Source: Leptospira sp. (lineage in GTDB: Bacteria; Spirochaetota; Leptospiria; Leptospirales; Leptospiraceae). From it: DNA of 64,000 nt. Of this stretch, positions 1-9,667 are shown piece after piece. The notes under the pieces were generated by a model that worked only from the letters and a program-made list of their open reading frames with translations, made no database searches and was not told where the DNA came from. The DNA is taken from positions 32,001 to 96,000 of the forward strand of contig JAWXAQ010000012.1 of NCBI GenBank assembly GCA_034439575.1. Direction: 5' to 3'. Numbering within the stretch: the first letter of the stretch is position 1; every line of letters begins with the position of its first letter. The position numbers and the translations under genes are program-made.

Positions 1-1
1 T

Positions 2-256
2 GGCATACTTGACCCAGGCCACCTAATATTAATTACCTATAATTGTCAGGATAAGGCTAGAGTATTGGATTTATTTCAGAAATTTGGTGAAAAAAGAATA
101 TTTGATGTAATTTCAAGAGGACTTAAACCAGATTTATTTATGGAAATGAAAATTATATTCGAACATGCGAATGAAGAATTAATAGAATTCACTAAAAAAT
201 CGATTTTAGAAAATGATTCTGAGCTTATCCAAAGATACGAAGAGATGTTAGGCTAA
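2..256 (+). CDS. hypothetical protein, 5'-truncated by the window edge
   Basis: Frame of the 65..256 ORF is open back to position 2 (GILDPGHLILITYNCQDKARVLDLFQK...); stop TAA at 254-256. No recognisable motif. Confidence 0.55.
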   Translation, partial: GILDPGHLILITYNCQDKARVLDLFQKFGEKRIFDVISRGLKPDLFMEMKIIFEHANEELIEFTKKSILENDSELIQRYEEMLG

Positions 257-463
257 TAAAGGAACAGAAACTTTATTTTGCTCTTTGACTCACAGATACC
301 GCTCTTACTAGCTATAGCGGCCCTTGTGGCTAATTGTGCCTGTCGCATTCCTATTCATGTTTTTGGAATTATTTTAGGATTTCAAGAAAGGAAAATTAAG
401 GTAAACGAACAAAATATATATCAATCAAACTAAAAGAAAAAATATTTGATCTTTTTAAAATCC

Positions 464-507
464 AATATAGTCGTTTTTTAAATTATTATATTTAAAACGA
501 CTATATT
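464..507. terminator. 14-bp perfect inverted repeat between convergent genes, likely terminator of the 516..1619 gene
   Basis: AATATAGTCGTTTT (464-477) / AAAACGACTATATT (494-507), 8 bp past the stop of the minus-strand gene. Confidence 0.55.
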
Positions 508-515
508 ATATAATT

Positions 516-1619
516 TTAATAATTCACAGCTTGCGCTACTTCCTCTTCTTCAGCTTCAGAATCGGCAAATTTAGAAAGGTATGCTTTTAAGGTTGCGGAA
601 AAATTTTCTGTAACATCTGTGAATTGAACACCGACTCGAAATTTGGATTCCATATTTTTTATATTTCGAATGATACCTTTCACAGGAATTTTGGCATCTG
701 CGATATTCAAATCAAAAATTAAAGATTCTCCAATAGCAAAACTTTTGATGAAAAATATATTTTGAGAATTTAAAAAGCTGAGACCATTTTCACTTATGTC
801 TACAATTTTACAAACTTCAGGTGCCTCTTCAAAAAAACCTGTTTTACAAATTTCATCAGCAACTCGATTTGCTATAGAATCCACCAAATCGAAAGTAGTC
901 GAGTCCAATATCTTTTTATGGTTCACTTGGATATAGCCAATCGGAATGAATCCTTTGTATTTTAGCATAATTGAAATTTCAGATATATGGCTCTCGTGAA
1001 TCAATTTTGGAATTTGTACTTTTTTTGAAAATTCATCATACGGGAGGAAATCATGGTCGGGATTTACATTTTCATTCTTATCTGGAATAAAAATCGGTTT
1101 CAGATATTTATTAAGAAGCCGTAACCTTGCATCTTGTTTTGAAGTCAGGATGATTTGACAGGAATCAAATCTCTTTCGAAGGATCATTCTATACTTTTGA
1201 ATGATATCATCTATTTTTGAATTATCAAAACTCAATTGTTTTTGAATTTCATTGATGTTTACGATTTTTTCTAATGACAATGCCGAATATTTATCATCCA
1301 ATTTGATTCGAGATGTATCTTCTCTGTTCGCTTCGGAGATGTACAATTCGTAAGGTGTTAGTATTTCTATTTGTGCATGTTTTGTCGCAGCCGCGTTTAA
1401 ACGAAACTCTAGTTTCATCCCGTTATGTGTTAGATAGATAATTCTCTTCGATTCATATTCGGTTCCAATAGGCAATGAAGTAACCACACCAAAGTTATTA
1501 ATTGAAAGTGGTTTTATCTGTATCTTTGAGCCGCATGTATCAAGATACATGGGAACAGATCGATAAAGAATTTTAAGAATATCATACATTTGTACTTTGT
1601 TGTTTATGACCTTTTCCAT
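516..1619 (-). CDS. Leptospira DUF1577-like protein with C-terminal PilZ-type domain
   Basis: C-terminal CKIVDISENGLSF...IRNIK...RVGVQF is a PilZ DxSxxG signature; central YKGFIPIGYIQV segment resembles DUF1577. ATG 1619 preferred over the track start 1646. Confidence 0.7.
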   Translation of the reverse strand: MEKVINNKVQMYDILKILYRSVPMYLDTCGSKIQIKPLSINNFGVVTSLPIGTEYESKRIIYLTHNGMKLEFRLNAAATKHAQIEILTPYELYISEANREDTSRIKLDDKYSALSLEKIVNINEIQKQLSFDNSKIDDIIQKYRMILRKRFDSCQIILTSKQDARLRLLNKYLKPIFIPDKNENVNPDHDFLPYDEFSKKVQIPKLIHESHISEISIMLKYKGFIPIGYIQVNHKKILDSTTFDLVDSIANRVADEICKTGFFEEAPEVCKIVDISENGLSFLNSQNIFFIKSFAIGESLIFDLNIADAKIPVKGIIRNIKNMESKFRVGVQFTDVTENFSATLKAYLSKFADSEAEEEEVAQAVNY

Positions 1620-1920
1620 AACCAACAGTATATTGAATGTATACACAAATGAAATCCCGAAGGGGATAAATATAGGCCATTTTTAACGAATTAGGCTAAA
1701 GCGAATCATCAATAGCCAAAAAAAAATATCTATGTAAAACAATTGGTCAACAAAGCGGAAATATTATAAATTTTTAATCTCGTACGGCTATTTCTTTGCA
1801 ATGGGTTCACTAATATTCTCCCCGGGATAGCGAAATTTGCTATTGTGTTATCTAATTAGTAAACAAGAAAGTTTAGGATTCATTACTTATAAACCTGAGT
1901 TTGAATTCTGACGTTGGTGG

Positions 1921-4820
1921 ATGCTGATGACAAAATTTATAAAAATACTATTCATTACTTCAATAATTGTCCTAAATAATTGTACGTATTGGCCAGTAGC
2001 AAATGGACTGATTTCTGATTTGCTAACAACTGCAGGTGGACAAAACAATTCAACATCTCTTATACTTGCTTCTCTTTTGAACCAAGGGGGTGGAGGTTCT
2101 CAACTAGATATAATTCTTTTTGATCCTGCACCAGCTAATATGATAGTAGGCGAATCTCAGACACTCAAAGTAAAAGCGCGAATAAATAATGGGGAAACCC
2201 ATGAGTAGCGAATGCAGGGGAAATACAATTTCTTTCCTCGGATTCTGCGATACTTTCTACTTCTGGAAATACTGTGACTGCTCTCTCAAATGGCAGTGCG
2301 AGTATCACGGCTAGTTATAAAGATAAACTGGTATCAGCAGGAATCACTGTCAGTGCCAATGATGGATCAACTGCTACTGCATCCACTTTACCAGCTGCAG
2401 TCCCACCTACACCAGATACCACTGCACCCACTGTCACATCTGCTTCAGCAATTTTACCAAATCGGGTGAGAGTAATCTTCTCTGAAGATGTAAATGCGAC
2501 AGGTGCAAGTCTTGTAGCAAGTTATAAAATTGTATTCCAAGCGGATGTTGCTGGTCTTTGTTCTACAAATGCTAATTTTGCTAGTACCTCTACCGTAGGC
2601 ACTTTAGGTTCTGCTTCTGCCACAGATTTGGGATTTAATATATCATCTGTAACAGCGATTGATGCAAGAACTTATGACCTAAATTTAAGCCACAATCAAT
2701 TCCCTGGCGCAAACTACACAGTGATCGTTGATAAAACTGCGATAGAAGATCTCGCGACCACACCGAATGCTCTCGGATGTTCTAATACAGGAAACTTTAC
2801 TGGCGATGAAGCAATCAAAGTTACTTCTGCGACTTGCATAGATACTACGAATTTTGTCCTTACATACTCCAAGCAGGTATTAGGCGGAGTCGGCACTACT
2901 GGATCTGGCGAATGTGATACGACTTCCACACCTTCATGTGCTGATCTTTATAAAATCCCAGCAGGCCTTGGTGCTGTGCAATCGGTGAGAAGATTAAATG
3001 GAACTGCTTGTGGCGGTTTAGCCGCAGACAATACAAAAGTCTGTATCAATCACAGTCTACCTCAATCAGGTTCTTCGTATACGGTGATGGTGGCTGATGC
3101 TACAAATGGCGATACATTTGATAATGGAACCATTAAGATTAACAGTAATTCCACTCCATCGACATCCATTATCCCCGCGAGTGATTCGGCAACATTCACA
3201 GGATGTGGCACAACGCCTGTAAATTTATCCGATGGAGCTCTCTTAGAAGATCCGTTTGGTGATGGATCTGATTATGGTGATCTTACAGCTTATCAATCAA
3301 ATATACTCATTGGACCAAATCGAAATGGAAACCGAGCTGCAAGATTTGCCATTGATGGGACTTCACTCACAAGTTTAACTTTCGCTCTTCAGAAAGATAC
3401 AAACTCAGGAAGTGGCTCTCGGTCACCCCAAAATACAATAAGTAGCTCACTAGCAGTCGGTGATCCATATACTTATTCATCTATTGGTGGTCCATTGTGC
3501 GTAAGCTCCCACACAGCTACCTGCGGACCAAACAACCAGGATGGAAGAGGGGTCTTTTATTCTGGAATGATCGGAGGCTTTGAAACCTTAATATTAACTG
3601 GCTCAAAATCATCAGATGGTACAGGATACCCGAAAAACGATTATATCTATTGGACAAGAGATACAGATACTCAGCTGGATTTTCAATACATCGATACAGG
3701 TGCTGTACTAAATTCACCGGCAGTGAATGGCTCTTCTGTTGGAGGGGCAACCGTTGCTATCGAGCACAATACAGGAAGTGAATCGGTGGCGTTTCATAAT
3801 GATCACCTGTATTTGTCTTACCCAACGACTGACCCAAAACGACCAACAATCCTTCGATTGCAAGATGTTACAGTACCTGAACCCCTACCATCTGCGATTA
3901 ACAGAGATTTGTCTCTCTTCTCTATGATAAACATTGGAATGATTGCTGACAATTCTTTCAGCAATATGAATCTGTATCAAATATTAGGTGGAACGGTGTA
4001 TTCCTTTAATAATCGGGTTTATGTTGCAAATACAGGAAAGATTCGTTACAATGCTGCATCTTGCAGCCTTGGGAATAGCTCAACTTATTCGGGAGGGACT
4101 TGTGAGCAAAGAGGGGGAGTTATACGTTCTACGGTAGTTAATCCGGCACCTTGCTCAGGATTCGGAGCATGTGCCGATTGGGTTAATATTTCTCCTTCAG
4201 CAACCCAATACGCTCGAAACTTTTCCAATCCTCTAACAAGAGTTTTAAATTTAAAGGCTGGTGATAGACCCATTCCAAGCTTTGAAACATACAATAGTAA
4301 ACTTTATATGCTCAGAAATGCATGTCGTACTGTGCCAATGGTCGGTGAATACTGGTGGGCACCTGCGACCTTTAACGAAGGTACTTGCCCAATTGGCAAT
4401 GAAAGACCTCAGTTATGGAAATGTAGCCCTGGTGGGGACTTAGAATGTGATGCGGCTGATTGGACTTTGGTGGCAGAAGATGGAGTTACTACAGGCGCAA
4501 CTAACTTTGGAGATACGAATAACCGAAGGATCACACTCTTAAAGACAAATGGTAGCCGCTTATATATTGGATTCGACAATCCAAATGGAATCCAAGTGTT
4601 TAGAACAAGGTCAGGAATTACAGATCCTGCAAGTGCCGCTGACTTTGAAGCCGTACCAGGCCCGACAGGGGCTGCAAGTTTCAATTCCCGATTTGTGCAA
4701 GAGATCTATTCCGCTGCGTCAAGGTTAGATGGAACGATTTACAATCTTTACATTTCTGTCGGTGGGAGAAATGGCGGAACTCCAGTTCCTGTAAAGGTTT
4801 ACAGACAAATCAATAACTAG
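1921..4820 (+). pseudogene. lig: LigB/LigC-like immunoglobulin-like lipoprotein with a single Big_2 repeat, interrupted by a 1-nt frameshift at about 2202-2208
   Basis: Lipobox IVLNN-C-TYWP. Big_2 motif spans the frame junction (VGESQTLKVKARINNGETH|VANAGEIQFLSSDSAILSTSGNTVTALSNGSASITASY). Long C-terminal region carries Lig non-repeat motifs DPFGDGSDYG, IGPNRNGN, CGPNNQDGRGVF, RPQLWKC, TNFGD, LYIGFDNPNGIQ and terminal PVKVYRQINN. Adding 1 nt gives a 966-aa ORF. Confidence 0.8.
2274..4820 (+). CDS. C-terminal fragment of the Lig-like protein (frame open from 2205)
   Basis: 848-aa ORF with the Lig C-terminal domain and no signal peptide of its own; it is the downstream half of the frameshifted gene. 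Confidence 0.6.
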   Translation: MTALSNGSASITASYKDKLVSAGITVSANDGSTATASTLPAAVPPTPDTTAPTVTSASAILPNRVRVIFSEDVNATGASLVASYKIVFQADVAGLCSTNANFASTSTVGTLGSASATDLGFNISSVTAIDARTYDLNLSHNQFPGANYTVIVDKTAIEDLATTPNALGCSNTGNFTGDEAIKVTSATCIDTTNFVLTYSKQVLGGVGTTGSGECDTTSTPSCADLYKIPAGLGAVQSVRRLNGTACGGLAADNTKVCINHSLPQSGSSYTVMVADATNGDTFDNGTIKINSNSTPSTSIIPASDSATFTGCGTTPVNLSDGALLEDPFGDGSDYGDLTAYQSNILIGPNRNGNRAARFAIDGTSLTSLTFALQKDTNSGSGSRSPQNTISSSLAVGDPYTYSSIGGPLCVSSHTATCGPNNQDGRGVFYSGMIGGFETLILTGSKSSDGTGYPKNDYIYWTRDTDTQLDFQYIDTGAVLNSPAVNGSSVGGATVAIEHNTGSESVAFHNDHLYLSYPTTDPKRPTILRLQDVTVPEPLPSAINRDLSLFSMINIGMIADNSFSNMNLYQILGGTVYSFNNRVYVANTGKIRYNAASCSLGNSSTYSGGTCEQRGGVIRSTVVNPAPCSGFGACADWVNISPSATQYARNFSNPLTRVLNLKAGDRPIPSFETYNSKLYMLRNACRTVPMVGEYWWAPATFNEGTCPIGNERPQLWKCSPGGDLECDAADWTLVAEDGVTTGATNFGDTNNRRITLLKTNGSRLYIGFDNPNGIQVFRTRSGITDPASAADFEAVPGPTGAASFNSRFVQEIYSAASRLDGTIYNLYISVGGRNGGTPVPVKVYRQINN

Positions 4821-4842
4821 TATATAGAACTCCTGGATTTTC

Positions 4843-4882
4843 TACCTTATGATTCTTAAAAAAATCATAAGGTATTTTTTTT
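4843..4882 (+). terminator. intrinsic (rho-independent) terminator after the lig-like gene
   Basis: TACCTTATGATT (4843-4854) / AATCATAAGGTA (4863-4874) 12-bp stem followed by T8. Confidence 0.8.
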
Positions 4883-4991
4883 ATTTCATACGGTCAAAAA
4901 AAACCGTTCAGAACTTAGTTTGTTCCGCTTGGGCTTGCGCAATTTTTCATTTTTTGATTAAATTAAATAATGTTCCGCTAGGGATAGTAAA

Positions 4992-5357
4992 ATGAACAAT
5001 CAGACACTTTCGTTATTTATAATTTTGTTATTGGTTTCCTGCCAACATGCCCGTGTGCGTTTGGAGATGAAACCACCTAATGAATGTATAAGCAATGAAT
5101 TTTCTGAATCTGATTGTATGTTTGCCAAGGCAAATCTTCTGAACAAAGTCAGAGAAGGTGGGACTCTCTCTCATAAATTTAAACAAGATTATTATTTTTG
5201 GGGTTTTTATCCAAGAAATATGGAACTAGATCTTTCTGAAGTTTGTCCAGCTGGCATTTACGAACTGCATAGATTTGCAACATTTAGTGATACTCTATTT
5301 GAACAATTAACAATTGGAATTTATTCTCCAAGGACTATTAAATTATTATGTTATTAA
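4992..5357 (+). CDS. Bor/Iss-like small lipoprotein
   Basis: Lipobox LLLVS-C; Bor-like YYFWGF...EVCPAG...TFSD...LTIGIYSPRTIKLLC. Confidence 0.8.
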   Translation: MNNQTLSLFIILLLVSCQHARVRLEMKPPNECISNEFSESDCMFAKANLLNKVREGGTLSHKFKQDYYFWGFYPRNMELDLSEVCPAGIYELHRFATFSDTLFEQLTIGIYSPRTIKLLCY

Positions 5358-5659
5358 AATATAAAATTTCATCAACTTTCTTTATTTTTATAATCATATT
5401 TGCTATGAATTGCCATACTGTTACACTGAAAATGGGCGATTTACCAGAAAATTCGGAACCAATCAATCCAGTTTCTTTACAACATTATACAACGATTATG
5501 GGATGGAAAGAAATCAGCCAAACTAAAAGTATCGATTGTCCTAAACAGGATGGAAATATTGTCATTCAAGAAGATGTGTGGGATGGAATCATATATTTCT
5601 TTTTAGCTCCGTTTTTAATTTCCGAATCGATTGAGATATCATGTTCGGAGGTAAAATGA
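5348..5659 (+). CDS. small Bor-like lipoprotein
   Basis: Lipobox FAMN-C-HTV; xxGW...DCP...WDGII...IEISC pattern parallels the previous gene; overlaps both neighbours. Confidence 0.7.
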   Translation: MLLKYKISSTFFIFIIIFAMNCHTVTLKMGDLPENSEPINPVSLQHYTTIMGWKEISQTKSIDCPKQDGNIVIQEDVWDGIIYFFLAPFLISESIEISCSEVK

Positions 5660-7164
5660 ATTTTTTCGCACCTCCTCCATCTACAAAAGTTTTTAGCTCC
5701 GTTCGGTTTAAAATAGCTATCGCTTATTCAATATTAGCAATAGTAAATATATCTATTTTTTCGAATTTGATTTTTGAAAATCAGGTAGATTTGATTATTA
5801 ATAATTTCAAATTGCATTACGACAACTTTGCATCTGTGGTTTCTAAAAGTTTAACTGATGGAGAAGTAAACTTTGAATCGGAGGAAGGCAAAAAAACATT
5901 TAAAGAAACTCTCTTTGTGAACGGCATCACAAAATTTTTAGTTTTCGATGATTCAAAAACAATTGTATTTAAGGAAGATGAATCTGAAGAATTAAAACAA
6001 ATTGAATCTTACATTCAATTTTTATTTCCAAAGTCTGATTCTATTGATACAGGTCGCTATCGAATCGAATTGGATGTAAAGACATACCAAGTAAAGATCG
6101 GATTCTTTATGAAAAATTTAGAATCGAAAAAATTTTATATTTATACAGAAGAGACAGTTCGAATCGTCCAAGACAGACTTCGTCAACTCTACATTCAAAT
6201 TGGCGTGGTGATCGTTTTAGGTATATTGTTTCATGCATTTTTTGCCATCTATCTCTATCGCTTGATTTTTTCACGTCTGACGATTTTAAAAGAAGTTAGC
6301 ATTGCGATGAAAGCAGGCAAATTGGATAAAAGAGCAGAATGGAATTTTAAAAGCCGCGATGAATTAGATGATTTGGGTTTATCTTTCAATTCCATGGCAT
6401 CCACTTTGCAGACAAAAATAACAGAGATTTCTGAATTAAATCATGAAATCCAGATTGAACTAGAAATTGGGAAGGAGGTACAAGGTTTTTTCCTACCCAA
6501 TCATGAAATTTTTAAAAAGAACGATATTGCCGTACAATTTGTACCAATGCGCGAAGTTAGTGGTGACGTATATAATTTTTATAAATTTAAAGATGGGTCT
6601 CGTGGTTTGTTTTTTGCAGATGCCATGGGACATGGTGTTCCTGCGGCTCTAGTAACAACTGTAATCAATTTAGGTTTGCACATCATTCTCAAAAAAACAA
6701 ACAAACCAAATGAAGTCATGACCCACTTAAATAGTTATGTGAGCTATCATTTGAAAGGTTCTTACTTTGCCTCAGGTATTTTTATCCTTTTCCCAGCCAA
6801 TGAAAATATAATCTATTATTCTAATGCAGCTCAAAACGACCCACTTATTTTCAAAAGAGATAATCCTGAACCAACTAACTTAGAATCAATGGGATTGAAT
6901 CTTGGTATGATATCTCCATTTGAGTATCCATTGGCACAAACAAAATTTGAACCAGGTGATAAGTTGGTGGTGTATAGTGACGGAGTTACAGAAGGCCGAA
7001 ACGCAGAGAAAGTTCAGTTTGGAAATCCTAAGTTAAATGAAATTGTAACTTCTAATTTTGACCGTTCAAATCAAGAAATTTCAGAAATTATCTTGAAAGA
7101 GTTAACTGAATTCACTGACGGTAAGTTTGATGACGATGTAACCATACTTGTGTTAGGTAAATAG
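5656..7164 (+). CDS. membrane-bound HAMP-domain SpoIIE/PP2C-type serine phosphatase
   Basis: Two TM helices, HAMP (RDELDDLGLSFNSMA), PP2C motifs VSGDVY, ADAMGHGVPAA, YSDGVTE, DDVT. RBS GGAGG before ATG 5656, with ATGA overlap. Confidence 0.9.
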   Translation: MNFFAPPPSTKVFSSVRFKIAIAYSILAIVNISIFSNLIFENQVDLIINNFKLHYDNFASVVSKSLTDGEVNFESEEGKKTFKETLFVNGITKFLVFDDSKTIVFKEDESEELKQIESYIQFLFPKSDSIDTGRYRIELDVKTYQVKIGFFMKNLESKKFYIYTEETVRIVQDRLRQLYIQIGVVIVLGILFHAFFAIYLYRLIFSRLTILKEVSIAMKAGKLDKRAEWNFKSRDELDDLGLSFNSMASTLQTKITEISELNHEIQIELEIGKEVQGFFLPNHEIFKKNDIAVQFVPMREVSGDVYNFYKFKDGSRGLFFADAMGHGVPAALVTTVINLGLHIILKKTNKPNEVMTHLNSYVSYHLKGSYFASGIFILFPANENIIYYSNAAQNDPLIFKRDNPEPTNLESMGLNLGMISPFEYPLAQTKFEPGDKLVVYSDGVTEGRNAEKVQFGNPKLNEIVTSNFDRSNQEISEIILKELTEFTDGKFDDDVTILVLGK

Positions 7165-7166
7165 CA

Positions 7167-9020
7167 TTGCGATTTTTCACATATTCAGTTTTATTCATAT
7201 TTTGTCTAATTTATTTGTTATTTGGATCGGGCTGTATTCTGAATGCAAGAATGTTCGATTTAGATATGCAATTGAAAAAAAGTCAATTATTGAATTATGA
7301 ATTTTCTTCGGAAATTTTAAAGTTAAAATTTCAAGAAACAATTCTCCAAAAAGAGGATCTTGGTTCTGAAGTAAACCAGCTTATCATGGAATCTAATGTG
7401 ATGAACCAATCAATTGGTCACTTACATAATAAATTTACTTGGAGAGAAAAAGCAGGAGAATACTTAATCAATACAATACACTATCTAGTATTTAAACCAT
7501 TAATTTACTTAGCTTCAGAGAATGATTATCTATTCGATTTGCAAAAAGCATTTTACTTAGAAAAAAATCAAAAATGTAATTTAGCCATTCCCATATATAG
7601 AAATTTAGAAATAAATCTAAGAAAATCAAGAGGTGATGACCACGCTTTTGTGCAATTGCATTTAGGGTATTGTGAAGCGATATTAGGTAACAATGAAAAT
7701 GCGATTAAAAATCTCTCTTCTTTAATTAGTGAATATACTGGATCGCATTTTGCCGATAGTGGTCAAGTTATGTTAAATATTATACTATCAAATCTTAAAA
7801 AAGAAGAAAAGTTTAATAAGAATAGTTTAAGCGATAGCGAACTTGGCAAAAAATATTATGATAACGCTTTATTTGCCAAGGCGATTTTACAATTTAACAA
7901 ACTTGAAAAATTAACTTTAGATGAAAAATATATGAAAGCTCGTTCTTTTGAAAGAGTAGGGCGAATCACAGAAGCTAGTAATTTATATTTGGATATTGTT
8001 GCTGAAGGTGATTCGGAAATTGCCAAAAAGGCAAATCGCCGTTTGATGTTAATCGGAAATTTTTATGATGGCGGAGAAGAAGTTAAAGATATCGCCAAAA
8101 AAAATGCTGAAAAATTAGGAGATACTGTTATCTCCGAATTTGTCGAATCATCCGTTTCTAAACAAACAACTTCTCTCGTTTTAGAGACTTTAAAAAAGGA
8201 AGAAAAATTAGATACAAATCAATATTCTTTCCACCAAGAAAAAGTTATAGTGAGTGATGAACAAATAAAAAAAGTTAATACAGGCTTAGATCAAAAAAGA
8301 CAAACTAACGAAAAGATGGCTACCACTGAACCACCGATTCTGAAAAACAATTCGCCGAAGAAACAGTTGGCGGAAGAAAAAAATGTTAAGAAGAGCACAA
8401 ATAACGAATGTTTGCAATTCAGATCCCATGAAGGGGGTATTCATAAAGCTGAAAAAGTTTTGGTACTAGATGGTAAATTTGTCACTACGTACCTTGGAAA
8501 GACATTGGCCACTCCTGTTTCCGATTTTGAATTACTAGAATCTTGTAAAATTAATTCACCATTTACTATAGCTACTGATAAACTAGGAAAAGTTTCTGTT
8601 AAAACCGCAACTATTAAAGATGATCAAATGTTCTTAGAAACAGATGCTGGTATTAAAATCATTAATGTCGCTGATGTGCAATCCATGATTCCAGATAGTA
8701 TTCTAGAAAAAATTCGTTTTATTGTAGTACGCAGAAAAGATGGAAATTTTCATTATTGCAATAACATAGAATTTATTGGAAACAAAGAAGTACGCCTAAA
8801 TTCAAGATCAGGGGTTTCCGTTACAAAAAATGTTTTAGATTTGGATTATGTTCAGTTAGGTGATAATTCCATCAATTTTGTTATCATTAAAAAAGATAAA
8901 ACATTAGCAAAATCTATCGCCAATTTGTATATTAAAGATAATTTGATCAATTTCAATAATGATTTAGGTGATTTACAAATAATTAGCTTAGAAGACGTTC
9001 AAAAAATTGAATCAGAATAA
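7167..9020 (+). CDS. tetratricopeptide-repeat protein with N-terminal membrane anchor and unknown C-terminal domain
   Basis: Hydrophobic N-terminus; TPR-like helices (LHLGYCEAILGNNENA, YMKARSFERVGRITEA); 2 bp after the SpoIIE gene. Confidence 0.65.
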   Translation: MRFFTYSVLFIFCLIYLLFGSGCILNARMFDLDMQLKKSQLLNYEFSSEILKLKFQETILQKEDLGSEVNQLIMESNVMNQSIGHLHNKFTWREKAGEYLINTIHYLVFKPLIYLASENDYLFDLQKAFYLEKNQKCNLAIPIYRNLEINLRKSRGDDHAFVQLHLGYCEAILGNNENAIKNLSSLISEYTGSHFADSGQVMLNIILSNLKKEEKFNKNSLSDSELGKKYYDNALFAKAILQFNKLEKLTLDEKYMKARSFERVGRITEASNLYLDIVAEGDSEIAKKANRRLMLIGNFYDGGEEVKDIAKKNAEKLGDTVISEFVESSVSKQTTSLVLETLKKEEKLDTNQYSFHQEKVIVSDEQIKKVNTGLDQKRQTNEKMATTEPPILKNNSPKKQLAEEKNVKKSTNNECLQFRSHEGGIHKAEKVLVLDGKFVTTYLGKTLATPVSDFELLESCKINSPFTIATDKLGKVSVKTATIKDDQMFLETDAGIKIINVADVQSMIPDSILEKIRFIVVRRKDGNFHYCNNIEFIGNKEVRLNSRSGVSVTKNVLDLDYVQLGDNSINFVIIKKDKTLAKSIANLYIKDNLINFNNDLGDLQIISLEDVQKIESE

Positions 9021-9037
9021 ATAACAAAATTATTCAT

Positions 9038-9622
9038 TTAATGTTGGAACAGCGACTGCAGTTTTTCTAGATTTAAGAATGCTAATTTAGTTTCGCTCGT
9101 TTCTTTTTTGAAGAAATCATTCATATCTTTCCAATAGAAACATTCTTCTTCTAGTTTTTGATTCCCTATTTTAACTTCGCTTTCATCAATTTTCATGGAA
9201 CCTTTCGTGAAGAAAGAACGATTATTTATATTCTCTTTGAAGATCCAAACACAGAGACTTTTAAATCCTTTACGAATTAAAAGTCTACAAAGAGCATTTC
9301 GAAGTTTTTTTCCTATACCAAGATGTTGGTACTCTTTTAATAAATAGATCGCATAGATTTCGCTATCGCATGATTTTTTAGAACGAAATTTTCCGCCCGA
9401 AATAAAACCTATTACATTTGAATTTTGATCTTCTGCTACTAAAGTTGTGCAAAATTCTTTTTTCAATATGCCCTTCCAGACTTCTGTTCTAGAGTTAATC
9501 GTCATATTATCTAAGTATTCTTGCTCAACTAATCCGGAGAAAGATTCTCTCCAACTAGTTACATATATGGACGCAATTTTTTCAGCATCCAGAATATTTG
9601 CTTCTCTCACATTAAAATTCAT
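9038..9622 (-). CDS. GNAT family N-acetyltransferase
   Basis: IYAIYLLKEYQHLGIGKKL acetyl-CoA motif A; RBS AAGGA before ATG 9622 (track start 9649). Confidence 0.85.
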   Translation of the reverse strand: MNFNVREANILDAEKIASIYVTSWRESFSGLVEQEYLDNMTINSRTEVWKGILKKEFCTTLVAEDQNSNVIGFISGGKFRSKKSCDSEIYAIYLLKEYQHLGIGKKLRNALCRLLIRKGFKSLCVWIFKENINNRSFFTKGSMKIDESEVKIGNQKLEEECFYWKDMNDFFKKETSETKLAFLNLEKLQSLFQH

Positions 9623-9667
9623 TTTGAAATCCTTTTCATTTTTTAGCATTCGACTTATTGATTATAA

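Noticed and set aside
2192-2198. GGGAAAC as a programmed -1 frameshift site joining the two lig ORFs
   Set aside because: The heptamer is out of phase with the upstream frame, and a -1 shift there would hit TGA at 2202-2204.
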